This document shows, piece by piece, positions 48,701 through 60,466 of a stretch of DNA of 64,000 nucleotides. Below the pieces are notes generated by a model that was not told the DNA's origin, searched no databases, and saw only the letters and a list, made by a program, of their open reading frames with translations. The position numbers and the translations under genes were made by a program. Origin of the DNA: Yuukianura sp. NJ FZ-2021. Taxonomy: Eukaryota. How positions within the stretch are numbered: the stretch's first letter is position 1; every line of letters begins with the position of its first letter. Location: the NCBI GenBank assembly GCA_046563655.1, contig CM102290.1:1736001-1800000 (forward strand), in the 5' to 3' direction.

Positions 48701-51700
48701 GGTCAATTACCGTCTTGGCAAACTGACAACACACTTTTCTTTGAAATTTCAAATTTTTTCAAAAAAAAAATAACTTTTTTTAAAGCAAAGGGCAAAGTCT
48801 GGGTTCGTATTTGCCAAGGTTGTTTGAATTGGAATTGTTTTTTGTTAACAGGTTATACCATAACTCCTTTTTTGGACCAAATTTTTAAGTTTATTGAACC
48901 AGGCAGCTCCGCTGCTTTATCAATTTGAAATCAAAACTATAAGACAGCAAAATGAAAATTAAAAATTTTCACAATTTTATTGTTAAAATAAACAAAATTG
49001 GTCCAAAAGTTGTTTTTTTTTTGTAATTTTTAAAAAAAAATCGGAGTTATGGCACAACCTGTTAGCGCATTTGTATAAATGAGGTCTATAGCAACCTTGG
49101 TATTCGCAGTGGCCAAAGAGCGGGAAAGGAAGGAAAAGGAGGCGTTCATTCCCAAAGGACTCGGTCCAACTGATTTGAATCTTCGGAGCCACCGAATTCT
49201 GGGTGGGATCTACGACTTCAAACTGATTCAAATCCCACCACAGCCCAGTGAACCGGACAACGACCTCTGCTGGACACTTCACGACATCCACAATGGTCCG
49301 GCACAAAACAGTTATTGACCAACCTAACATTTGGATTAGAGTTAAGGTTATGGAGGTCATTTGACCTATGCCCAAATTGCTAATTGACTTTTTTGTTCTT
49401 AGATTCTGGTGGGTCCTGTCTTCGCCCAGTTCCATTCGTGGCGGATTACAACCCACCTAAAGTTGGTGGAGATGGTGGGGCAGAGCAGAAACGAACTCCG
49501 GAAGAAATGGAGAGAGAAGCCAAGAGACAGGAAGAGGAACTACAGAAACTCATTCTCGTAGAGATCAAGTACGATTTAATTGAACACTAATTTCACTTTC
49601 ATTTCCACTCCTACATGTCATTTCCACAACACTAATCTTAAGTCCAACTTAATGTCTTGTAAGCCAATCAAATTCCTTCATTTTCCAAGACAAGAGCCAA
49701 TCAAATGGCTCCATTTTCATTTTCTAAGACAAGAAACAATCAAACGACTTCATTTTCTAAAACGAGCCAATCAAATGGCTTCATATTTTAAGACACGCCA
49801 ATCTAATGACTGTATTTGCTTAGACGAGCCCAAGGTTTGTTGACTTTTGATTTTCTCTAACAGGTTGGGTAATACCTCATATTTTTTTGATTTTGCACAA
49901 AAAAGAAGTATTTTTCATTTCGGGGCATCGTAGTCATAACAATACAGCTAATTTTTTTGAATTTTGGATACAAATTGGTATTTTTTTTTCGTTTTTCTGT
50001 CAACAAGAGTAGTAGTACCCAACGTGTTAAAGAAAATTAACTTCTCGTTGTTACAGAAACCTTGGACGAGCCAATCAAATGACTTCATATTCTAAGACGA
50101 GCCAATCAAATGATTTCGTTTTCTAAAAAAACTGAGAGAAAGAGAGCTGCTAAAGAACGGAAAAATTGAAACTTTTAGACCCTAAATTGAAATACTTGAA
50201 AAACTTGAGTTCAAGTTTTGCAATTGCAGAGTTATTTCAATATTTTTCGCTCAACTTTGAAATTGCTCCGTTTTTTTAAGAAGATAGTTTGATTTTTTTT
50301 TGAACTTTCGTTTCAGAGTTCCCGAAACAGCTCTGTGGTTTGAGCCACCGACAATTGTGAAATGGGAGCCAGAAGAACGGAAGTGGTCGACAGAAGGATT
50401 CTTTGACCCCAGGTTTAACGAAGCGTCACTTCAACTGTCCTTCCGAATGACCCAGTTTGGTGTGATTGGCCTTGGACATAACCGATGGTCCAACCTACCC
50501 TATCAGTCATGGGAACTTAGGCCACTCACGTCAGGGTCAGGGGTCATCGTCACTCTCATGGCAGCAGTAGCAGTCCTCGAGTTTACCGTCAAGGTTACGA
50601 ATCCAATTTTAAAAAATTTGAAATCCAAAAAAGTGTTGAGTGAGTCCAAGTTCCGTGGTTTTTTGAAAAATTTTTGATTCAGAACGACGTGGTGTGTCTC
50701 AGTTCGCTACAAAATGTCGGGAACAGTCAGGTCATTGACGGCCTCATCCTGGGCAAATACTTGAAACCGAGAGAGCTAATAGAGGCAACTCCAATTAAAA
50801 AAAAATTTTTTTTCAAAATTCAAAATGGTTTTTAAAATTTAAAATTTTGGTTACCAGGCTTTGCGGAGTTTTGGAATGGACGTTTTCCCTGACCTGGACT
50901 CGTATGCATACGTAGACGGAATTCTGGTCAAAAATCCTGAAACGGAGGAACATCTATACCAGTTGAGCTAAAAACTCACAAGGGAGACCTTTTCACGTGA
51001 TTTCGAATTTTTGAATTTAAAAATTACAGTCATACTCTGTATGTCAAAAGAAAATTTTCTGCAGTAGTTTCGGTTGGCCAACGCCAAAAAATATAACCCG
51101 CCTGGGCTCGAACTGGTGTTCCCGCTCCAAAATAATGAGAAAAAAAAATTTTTTCTTGTGTTAATTCTTCAACAGACAACGTTACAGAAAACCGAAACTA
51201 TTGCAGAAACTTTTCTGTTGACATACAGAATATGACTGGAATTTTTTTTAATTCAAAATTTCGAGATCACGTCAAAAGGTTTTCCTCGTAAGTTTAACTA
51301 AAAAAATATTTGATATAGGAGAATAATTGATAGAAAAATTATAAATAAATAAATTAATTAATTGTAAAACAATTTATAAAGGTGTATGGCCATCATCTGC
51401 TCAGCCTTCAACTGTCACTGGAGTCGCTGGAATCTGTTGGCTGGAAGAAACAAAATGGTGTACCAAGTTCGCGAGAGAATTGGCACGACCACTCCGGTGA
51501 TTCATAAAATTTCGAAAATTAGCATTAATTGATTCTTAATTAACTATTAATTAAGCTTAATTAATTAATTATACTCTGTTTCAAGGGAAACTATCAAATG
51601 GTTCTCAACACAATACGCAGCGTTTCACTCATAGATTGCACAGAGGTCAGTCCAAACTACTCCGAGGAACCAGCCGGAGAGTATCAGGTAAAAAGTAACG

Positions 51701-52115
51701 TTTCAAAAAAATTCAGAAAAAATTTTTTTTTGAAAAATTAAGTTTCTTTCAGAAACAGTTTTTTTTTATAAAAGCGTAACAAATGTTTACTCGTAGAATA
51801 AATTCAGCAGCTAAACAATTTCATAATGGCTGAATCTCGCCTCGAAAAATTACAAAGGCGTCTTTAAGTTTCTAATCACCACACAAATTCCAACCTTAGA
51901 AAAACTTTAGGTTTTTTTGAAATTTTATGAACTAACTTTTACATTATTAAAAAAAATTCTCTCATTGACTCTCACAGTACCACGCCGACCTTGTTCAATT
52001 GATTTGGGCCATTGCTTCTGCCGAAGCCAAAGAAAAAATGGAATCAGTCAGTGGAGAATTTGTTGAAACGGTGCGTCTTCTCCTAGCAGCAATCAAATTC
52101 CTCTCATTTGCATAA
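42776..52115 (+). CDS. DNAI7: Dynein axonemal intermediate chain 7 (CASC1/CFAP94/IC97 family)
   Basis: Exons 42776-43126, 43197-43274, 43358-43691, 43779-43909, 44083-44421, 48253-48309, 48605-48668, 49110-49295 (or 49310), 49403-49568, 50317-50593, 50683-50784, 50858-50961, 51382-51496, 51586-51687, 51978-52115; about 847 aa, phase-consistent. Recognised blocks: WERIVQCSALP, LNLRSHRILGGIYDFKLIQIPPQP, WEPEERKWSTEG, NLPYQSWELRP, FNCHWSRWN, YHADL...KFLSFA*. The middle low-complexity exons are less certain. Confidence 0.88.
46676..46936. mobile_element. P-like MITE family A (DNAI7 intron)
   Basis: CAAGGTTTGG...GGAACCTTG; perfect 9-bp TSD GAAAGCTTC. Confidence 0.9.
47518..47780. mobile_element. 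P-like MITE family A (reverse orientation, DNAI7 intron)
   Basis: CAAGGTTCC...AAACCTTG; perfect 8-bp TSD AGCACAAC. Confidence 0.9.
48478..48600. repeat. 22-bp pyrimidine-rich tandem repeat (TTTTCTGTTTTYCACTTTCCTG), about 5.5 units
   Basis: Directly visible; ends at the CAG acceptor at 48602-48604. Confidence 0.95.
48815..49099. mobile_element. P-like MITE family B (DNAI7 intron)
   Basis: CAAGGTTG...CAACCTTG; 8-bp TSD GTATTTGC/GTATTCGC. Confidence 0.9.
49661..50126. repeat. ~31-bp CCAAT-containing minisatellite split by a MITE
   Basis: Units like TTTTCTAAGACGAGCCAATCAAATGGCTTCA on both sides of 49831-50064. Confidence 0.85.
49831..50064. mobile_element. P-like MITE family A (DNAI7 intron)
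   Basis: CAAGGTTTGTTG...AAACCTTG; perfect 8-bp TSD GACGAGCC. Confidence 0.9.
50966..51299. mobile_element. Foldback/long-TIR MITE in DNAI7 intron
   Basis: Imperfect inverted arms of about 110 bp (50966-51075 and 51190-51299), e.g. CAGTCATACTCTGTATGTCAA / TTGACATACAGAATATGACTG. Confidence 0.75.
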
Positions 52116-52199
52116 CCTAGAACAATACCCGGAAAATAATAGGATTTTAGTCCACTTTTGTCCTTGGAACGAAGAGAAAGTTAACTTGAAAGGACTTTC

Positions 52200-55100
52200 T
52201 TACATTTCCTTGATATTTTCCTCGAGGGCTGTCGACATTTTAATGGAAAAGTCATCAGGCGGAAGTCCAAGACGACGGACCATGTCACATAAAGCAGTCT
52301 AAAAATAAAAAATAATCACATCAAAACTCCTTTGTGAATCTTTAAAAAGTTTCTACCTCTTCACCTCTCTCAAAATTTCCAACTTTTTCGAAACAAAAAA
52401 GGAACAATAAAAAAAGAAGTTACTAGGAGACTTACAATTTCTGAACTCGTCTCTCGTACAAATGCTTGTACTTCCGTGTTTGATTTGTTTCGTGTCCTAC
52501 TCATTACAATGACATGTTGAAGAGCCAGTGTGAGTCCTTTCTCCAAACTCATGGTGACTTCGGACGTCACGTTGACAACAGGATGAGACTTTTTATCAGC
52601 ATGCTTGGACATGACGCGTCCACAGAGTCCAATTATACTGCACAAAAGTGGCAGCATCTTCTGGGAACTTATAAACTCCGATTCTGCAGCTCCTACTTTC
52701 AAGTAGAGATTCACTCCCGTTGCAACTACTTCCCATAACCTATTTTCAAAAAAAATCAAAAAACGTTCAAAATGTATCTTTTTAGTAAAATTTTGAGCCG
52801 AAATTTGAAATGTAGGTCATTGGCTTCGTGACCTCCTTACTTTGTTTGAACTTCCAAGAGTTGTGGTGTGAGTTTGAAAGCTGGCGACGGCGTTCCACTG
52901 GAACCTTTGGCAGACTTTGTAATTACGAGGAGCAAATGATTCGGCTGAGAGAGAAGAGAGACAGATGTTTCCAATGTTGCTAAAACACCGAGCTGAAAAA
53001 ACAAAAGAAAATACAATTCCAACAAAACCATGAACAATAAACCGGTTGTAAAAAGGAGTATAGGAAAGTAGCGAAAGAAATCGCTGATTTACCGAACAAC
53101 TACCATATCGGCACACCAAGGTGAACCATGAATTCACTATGGCTATACACGGGAAATACGAAAGAAGCAGTGTTGGAACTGAAATATTTCATCTTTCAGC
53201 GAAAAATGAAAAAAAAGCGAAAAAAAAAACTGAAAAATACATGTGAAATGAAATAAACGTTTCCACCTTTTTTTAAAGTGTTTCACTGATAAGCTGAAAT
53301 ATTTCAAAGCAATATTTCAATTTGTTTCACTTTCTTTGAATTTGTTTCAGTGTAATGAAAAAAAAACATGAATTAAATTTTCAGTTTAATTTCACTTTCT
53401 TTCAGTTTTTTTTTTAAAAAAAATTTCCCAGTTTTTTTTTCATATATTTCAGTTTCTTTCACTGAAACGAAAAAAAAAACTACACCCGAAGAAATCTATA
53501 CAATTGCCGTTTTCGAGATAATTGCCGCTGGCCGCCGGTCCGACAGACAGACAAGCCCAAACCATAAAGTAGCTTTCGCAATTTAATAATGAGCATAAGT
53601 TGAGAGTTTATTGAGTCTTTTCACTTTCTCTCAACCCATTTCCCCTTTATGTCTCTTAATACTTTCACTCTCTCCTTTGTTTCACTTTTGGATCTTAATG
53701 ATTTCAATAATTACACCAAAAAGTTTGTCAATTTTAGGAAATTTTAGTGTTGCTTAAGTTTGAAACACTCAAAAGGGAACCCGTGAAAAAAACTCACTTT
53801 GTTTTTGTTTTTGATTCTTACCATGAGCTTGAGCAGCGTTTGATGTTGTTCAAGTCTCCACTTTTGGAAGTACGGTGTCATTACAGCAATGGCATTGAAA
53901 GCAACCACAACAAAAGACAGAAGTTGCTTGATCGTTTGAAAATTTTGGTCCGGTGTTTGGAGGTAGCAGTGGTTAATTAGTTGCGTTAGAGCAAACAGTT
54001 TCATGATCACAAATTCTCCATGAATTGTCCAGTAATTGAGGGACTCTTCGAGGTAAAAGTAGCGACCGGATTCTACCAGAGCCGAATTGAGATCACAAGC
54101 CAACATGTAAACTTCAAACCACTTTTCATCAGTGTTCTCTGGAGCAGCATACTCCGTCAGTGGTAAAAACAGTTCCGTTGTAAATCCAATGTTCCGAAGT
54201 AAATCTGAAGCTCCAGCATATTTGGACAGTCGAATCAAGCTTCCCAGCGCGTCTTGAACAATTTCTGGGGCTTCGCCTTTCTGCAAAATCAAAAATCCGA
54301 AACCATTTCAAGCCAAATCAAAATTATATAAACAAAAAAAATTGTTTCTTCTTGATTTACCAAAATCCCAACATGAGCTACACTCACAATCGAGCTCACA
54401 ATCATCCGATGCTTGAAAATATTTGGCCAGTTTTTACATAGAGGAGAGGCTACTATAGTGTACATTATTGACGTAGCAATTCCCAACAATGGACGAACCA
54501 AGTAGATATTCATAGCATCGTAGATCTTGGCAGCATGATAAAAGATGTCAGCCAAGACTCGAACAACACTTTCAATCGTCACCAACGAAATTTCAGTAGT
54601 CATCATGCCAATACTTCTGTGGATAAGTGTAAGAAGGGGTACTTGGACGCGGAGAGTTGCTGTTTTGAAAGATGCCGGAAGAGCCAAACACAGTTTTTCC
54701 AAGTACGATGAATCCGCTGAAGGTCCTAGGACGCACATCAGTTCAGCTAATGCTGGTAAAAGTTCTTCATTATGGTCTGTCTCCATACACTCCCAAAAAC
54801 TGTCCGTGACAGCAGACAAACACTGTTGTCGAACTTCATCTGGGAGGAATGTTTCATGGTCTGGACGGGCCAAGACAAGGATGAGAAAGTGCTTGATTGC
54901 ATGGATTGCTTTCTTCGTCTCTTCTAATACTTGTGTTTCCGAAGCCACCTAAATCATCAACCAAATTGGTTTTAGTTTTTAGATTGAAACCAACCAAAAG
55001 AAGACAACACAAAAATCAAAAATGAAACTCAAAAACAAAAATACGTTTTTTTCAGTTTACCTTAAGCAGAACGAGAAGATTCTCAGGTTGGAGCACTTCG

Positions 55101-58100
55101 TTCAACACGGCTGAAAACTCCTTTTCAATCACAGAAGCGCGATATACTTCAAACGAAAAAATGTTCATAGTGTAGCTAACTATCTTCTGTTTCGAAACAC
55201 TGAAAAAAAACAGGGTTTTATCAAATTCAAACTACACCTCATTCTCTAAATAAGCAACTAAAAACCTCCTTTCTCCATTTCTTGTCGTGGGCCGCACTGA
55301 GGCCTCATTAAAAATAAATGGAGAAAGAGCTGAGGTTTTTAGTTGTTTGTTTACAGAATGTACTGTATATTTTGAAGTTAATTGGGAAAAAATACTTACA
55401 GCGATTTGAAGTTTCCCAAGTACTTAATAGGTTTCGTAGTTTCTGTCCAGAAGTCACCTCCATGAGTTTTTAGAACAGTGCTCCCTTTCCTAATCAGTGC
55501 TCGAACTAAACATAATGCACTAACAGGAACGTTTTGGTCCTAAAAATTTACGATTAAATCCAAATCAAAAAAAGTTTATTCCAATAGTAACATAAAATTT
55601 TGAACTTACTGATTCCGCCACAAGCTCGAGTAGAGACGTAGCAGTATTATTGTCTTGGAAAAAGTACTGAATAAGTCCAGGTTGTGTCTGGGCACAAACA
55701 GTCAGAAACTCCAAAATGGCCACCTACGTTACCCAACCATCCACATAAAACATTCTGTTTTAACTTTTCATTTCAAAAAACGAACTTTTGTTGTGTGTAT
55801 TGAGAACCTTGAGTCTCGGAGCTTCTGTTTTGTACTCTAGCCGCTGTTGAAGCAAATCACGGAAACTGTCAACACTGTCACCAAAACACGCCAGAACAGA
55901 AATCTGCAACTGATGAGCCATTTTCTTCAAAAGGTCAATAGCCAGGGTTGGTAGGATGGGATTGAGCCTATGTCGAATAAGTTTTCCAAGTTTTTTCACC
56001 AGGGTCAAATTAGACGCAGTATCCAGCATCTGAAATAGAAAAAAAAACTGTCGACAACATACTCGTCAGCACATTCGTATTCAGATGATCTTATCACCTT
56101 TAGAGTTGCTAAATCAAAGTCAGACAGGGAAGTCATAAGAGACAAAGCGTAGAACATTGTTTCGTCCAGGAATTGATTGTCGCTGACCGGACGAATCCAA
56201 GCATCCTCCAAAGTATCACTATCTACAAAAACCAGTAAACTAAATATAGTAAAAATATAATAAAATATTATAAATTATGAATATCATTTGATTCTCGAGT
56301 ACTTACCAACGGATAGTACTGACAGGAGAGAATTCCCTTGGACCAAGATCCCCTTGCAACAGTTGTATTTCAAATCAGTGAACCACGGGTCCTTGAATCG
56401 GAACAAAGTACATAGAACGCGAAAAGTGTCACGAATGATTTCGAACTGATCCGATGGGCGACACATGCGCCAACGAACAAAAGACGGGTAAATATTTTCC
56501 ACAATGAACGTAATGGCATTGGCATAGAGTGTCCTTAATTTGGCTACATGCTGTAGATTTGGGTTGTCGATTTGAAAAGTAAACGGAGATGGAGTGGTGT
56601 TTGGATAAGCAGGAACAAGTGGTTGATCGGGTTGCTCAAATAGTGAAATGATGTTCCTCAGAAACGTTTTGGTAACGGAGTAGTCCAAGTTGAGAACACT
56701 TTCATAAGCAATCACAGTTTCGGTTACGTAGTTGTTGACATCCGGTGTTGGCCAAAGTGTTGGTTCGTCACTGTTGAGGAGAAACTCTGTACTGTGGATG
56801 GAACCGGCTCGAACGACATCAAGCAGTAGCGTAATTAAGGCTGATTTGAGATGAGAATCGTAAAGACCGTCGAGTAATCTAAAAAAAAAAGTAAGTGAAA
56901 AAACTTAGCTCCCAAACCAAAAGTGTTTCAGGTTATTGAAAATCTTGGTTAACGTAAGGATTAACAATCGTCATTGTAGCCGCCCAGTGTAGCCACCACG
57001 CCGTTTTTATTGGCTACACGTAAGTGGCAACTTGAGTAGTCCCTTCAGCCTTCCGTAAAGTGGCAACATAAGTTGCTACAGTGTAGCCACCCATTGTCGC
57101 CAATAAGCAGCGGAGTGGAATCACTTTTGGCTACAAGAGCGGTCGTTAAACCTTACCCTAACCAAACTCTTACTTCTGTAGCAGTATAATGACTGGTTTG
57201 AATAAGTGGATGAGTGACGGCGGAGCTTGGGCTGAAGTTTCGCTGAACTGAGCCAAGAATTTGGCAATGGCAGAAACTTGAGCGATGGTTGACGGTTGGC
57301 AGTTGGGGTATTCACTATACGCCTTACGGATGACTACATCTAACAAAACATCCCAAATTGTAGTTCCATGTGGTGGGCAGTCCAGTTCCCAAGTAATAAG
57401 CAACGATGGCTGCTCTCTCACAGTTTGACCAACAGATCCAAATGGAATAGTGACTCCTCCTATATTGACATCTCGAAGTAACATCCACTCTCCATTGCCA
57501 TTGGGACGCAGCATCTGAGCATCATTCCCTTCAAATACTTTTGCAAGGGCGTTGATTTCCGTAATTCGTTCCAATATCTAAAAGAATCAATTGGAACCAG
57601 GTGAGTTCTAACTAGAAAATCAGAAAACTAGAAAACGAAATAAAAACGTACACTAAAGGCAGGTACGTCTGGAGTTGCCGTTCGGCAAGTTGCTGCCCAA
57701 AAACCCAAACTCCATTCTACTTCCACTGGCAACAGCATCAGAGCTTCGGAATACAAAAGAGTCAGTTCTTCTGGCTGATCCAACATAAATGTGCGGGCAG
57801 TTTCGGCCTATTCAGCAGGGCAAATATGATAATGAATTTAAAAATTTTTTTTCGGAAATTATAGACGTTTGAAAAATTACGTTCCCGAGCAGCGTTAAGA
57901 GCAAAAGATTCCAGTCGTCGTCTGTTCCAAAACTATTTTTCTCAAATCGGACGAGAATGGTTTCAGCAGCGGTGTAGACACATTTGAAAACTATGGAAGT
58001 GAGTCCATGCTTCTACAAAAAGTAAACAAATGCACAATTAATTCAATGATTTGCAGAGTGTCGTTAAGAAAACAGAATTTGAGTTACATTTCGAAAGCTA

Positions 58101-59290
58101 TTGTCATTGTACTCCCCAAGAAGGACAGACATGTTGGATGCACATTTCTCGGGATTACGAGCACAACGAGTGACGTCTCGAACTCTTTGGTTATTTGGAC
58201 ATCTCAGAGCCCATGCCACTAAGATGGAGCCATACATGTATGGATTATCGTCCAGCAGTTTGACATTCTTTGTGAGGTAGTCGTCTATTATAGAATCAGC
58301 TGACGACGTTCCGCTTTGAAGGAAGGAATACATGACAATCGCTTCGGTGTACATAATGGGAGTGGAACGTTTTCCAAACGTGTATCCATTGCTGAACTCG
58401 GTAAGTACTCCTTCAAATTCGCCAAAGTTGGCAAGGAGAATACAGAGATTGTGTAGAACTTGAACGTGTTCGTCTTCATTCTTGGTTTTCTTGAGAGACT
58501 GGCACAACCATTTGCACCAGTCGGACATTTTTGCTGCCGCAACGAACGCGCAAAAGATGACCTAAAAGTATCAGTGTAACATTTCTGTAGTGTTCGCCAA
58601 TGTTAACACACTTTCATCATGTAATTTTGATCCAATCAACTTACCGAAAAGGGATGACTACTGTCAGCAGCTCCGTTAAGTATTGCTTGAGAGCAATAGA
58701 GCACACATAATCTTTCCGTCATGTAAAAACTATTAACTTCTTGTACAAATTTCTTGATTGCTGTATCGTTCATAAGTAAATCCGTAAGTGGATTGACAGC
58801 CCCTTTATACTCATACAAAAGGAACATGCTCAACAACTCTACAGCAACTGATTCTGTCACATCCTGCATAAACAATACAGCAACTTTATGCATAAGCTAT
58901 AAGAGTACTAAATACACCTAAGAGAACCTTACCAGAGTCTTCATAATTTCAACTTTCAATTTGTCCTTCATTGACGACGTTTCTGTAACGCTTGGAATCT
59001 TATGGGAGGTCGGCTTGTCGTAGTAAACGAGTCCAGATATAATTGGATTGCATCTCCGGAGCAGTTCATCATGCACAAGCTCGTTACTTGCCACATCCGT
59101 CGTTCCGCCAAGCAAGTGCCACAACTGTTTATATGATCTGTAAACCATAAACTTCTGCTTAGTTTGTTTATCTTCAGGTTTTTAATTAATTTTTGTATCT
59201 CACTCACCCAGTATAATTAGTGAATCCAAGGGTATCGTCATTCTCGTGGGTTACGGTGCCAGATGACGTTCCAGTAGCTGGCTTTGACAT
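52200..59290 (-). CDS. NUP188: Nucleoporin Nup188
   Basis: 18 phase-consistent GT-AG exons: 59290-59208, 59137-58933, 58863-58645, 58561-58088, 58012-57881, 57807-57652, 57577-57174, 56878-56307, 56222-56098, 56029-55808, 55723-55610, 55539-55400, 55199-55061, 54948-54361, 54280-53822, 52992-52841, 52739-52436, 52298-52200 (1528 aa, helical). Recognised blocks: SYKQLWHLLGG, ELLSMFLLYEYKG, FYMTERLCVL...HPF, TIPFGSVGQ, ISVLACFG, LKVAILEFLTVCAQTQPGLIQYF, YFQKWRL. Confidence 0.9.
55235..55365. mobile_element. TA-flanked palindromic MITE in Nup188 intron (same family as 30001-30158)
   Basis: CACCTCATTCTCTAAATAAG...ACAGAATGTACTG with TA on both sides; reverse complement of the 30001 copy. Confidence 0.85.
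56945..57165. mobile_element. Decayed inverted-repeat element in Nup188 intron
   Basis: Imperfect ~36-bp inverted ends (TTGGTTAACGTAAGGATTAAC...TGTAGCC / GGCTACAAGAGCGGTCGTTAAACCTTACCCTAACCAA) with internal TGTAGCC/GGCTACA repeats. Confidence 0.6.
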
Positions 59291-60466
59291 TTTCTGAAAC
59301 AAAAAAGTTAATCCAAATCAATCAATTACTTTAGGGATGAATTTTGAATTCAAAGTAGTCTTGTTACGATCCTAAACTAACTCACCCGTTTTGTAAAAAT
59401 TATATCACCAGAAAAAATCTAGCATACGATGAGAGTTCCATAAACACTTACGTAAATTAATTAATCCTTCGATTAATCGCTGTTTGCTTTTTCCGGTTAT
59501 CCGATTTTTCAAAATTTCAAAGTTTTCAAAATTAAAAAACCGATGACGACGGACACAAAAAAACGTGAAAACTAAAGTTTAATTCAAATTCGTAGTTTAT
59601 CCGGTCCTTTCGCGCGTAACGCGAAAAAAAGGCGGGCTTCTACAGTACAATGAGAATCTGACAACAAAATTTTGAAACAATAGTACAAATACAAATAGTA
59701 CAAACAAATACAATTTTTAAATAAGTTTTGAATTTATTTATTAACTTCGAGTTTAAGTCGTTAATTGGTTTTGCAATTACCTAAAATAGTTATTATAAAA
59801 GGCCGAAGTAGGAGTTACTTATTTTTCATTCATTGTCTTACACAAAATTGAATTTTGGTGCGAAAATAATTACTGCTGACCTAAGCTAGAAACATTTTTC
59901 CAAAGTGTAAATTTAAAGTGGTGGCCATCAAAATATGTCTAAAGTCAATGTGACCCTTGACACTTTCTGGGCTGATCACCACCACATAAAAATGGAGCCA
60001 AGTAAGTCGATCGCTAGGAAAAGCTGGCGTAGAGAACAAATTCGGTTGACGTAACCTTGAGCGATTAGCATGTACCCACCAGTTCAAAATTTTGCGTTGC
60101 TTTAATTTTACCGATCTGATGGGTACATTTGTACCCACCGCAATCAAAAGCAATACCTCCACCTACTATAAATTTTGAGCGGGTGGGTACACTCTGGCCG
60201 CCCAAGTCTACTTCAACCAAAATTCTGGACAAAGGAGAAGCGAGAAAGATACGTAACAGAGGAAGTGTTTGTAATTTTAATTGTTTACGATTATTACAAT
60301 TTTTGAGACGCTAGAAGCTCGTTTAAAATATCGATGGCGAGGCAGAGAGGCAATTATTATAGATGTGCCTGCAAAAGTATTACTGTGTAAATTCTCTCCT
60401 CCATTTTTAGCTTAGTAAGCAACATACAAAATTTAGATAATCTCGTTTCGTGAATTCAAACCGCTT

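Noticed and set aside
58897..58932. 36-nt micro-intron option in Nup188
   Set aside because: The acceptor at 58864 gives a typical 69-nt intron and a better fit to the recalled Nup188 spacing.
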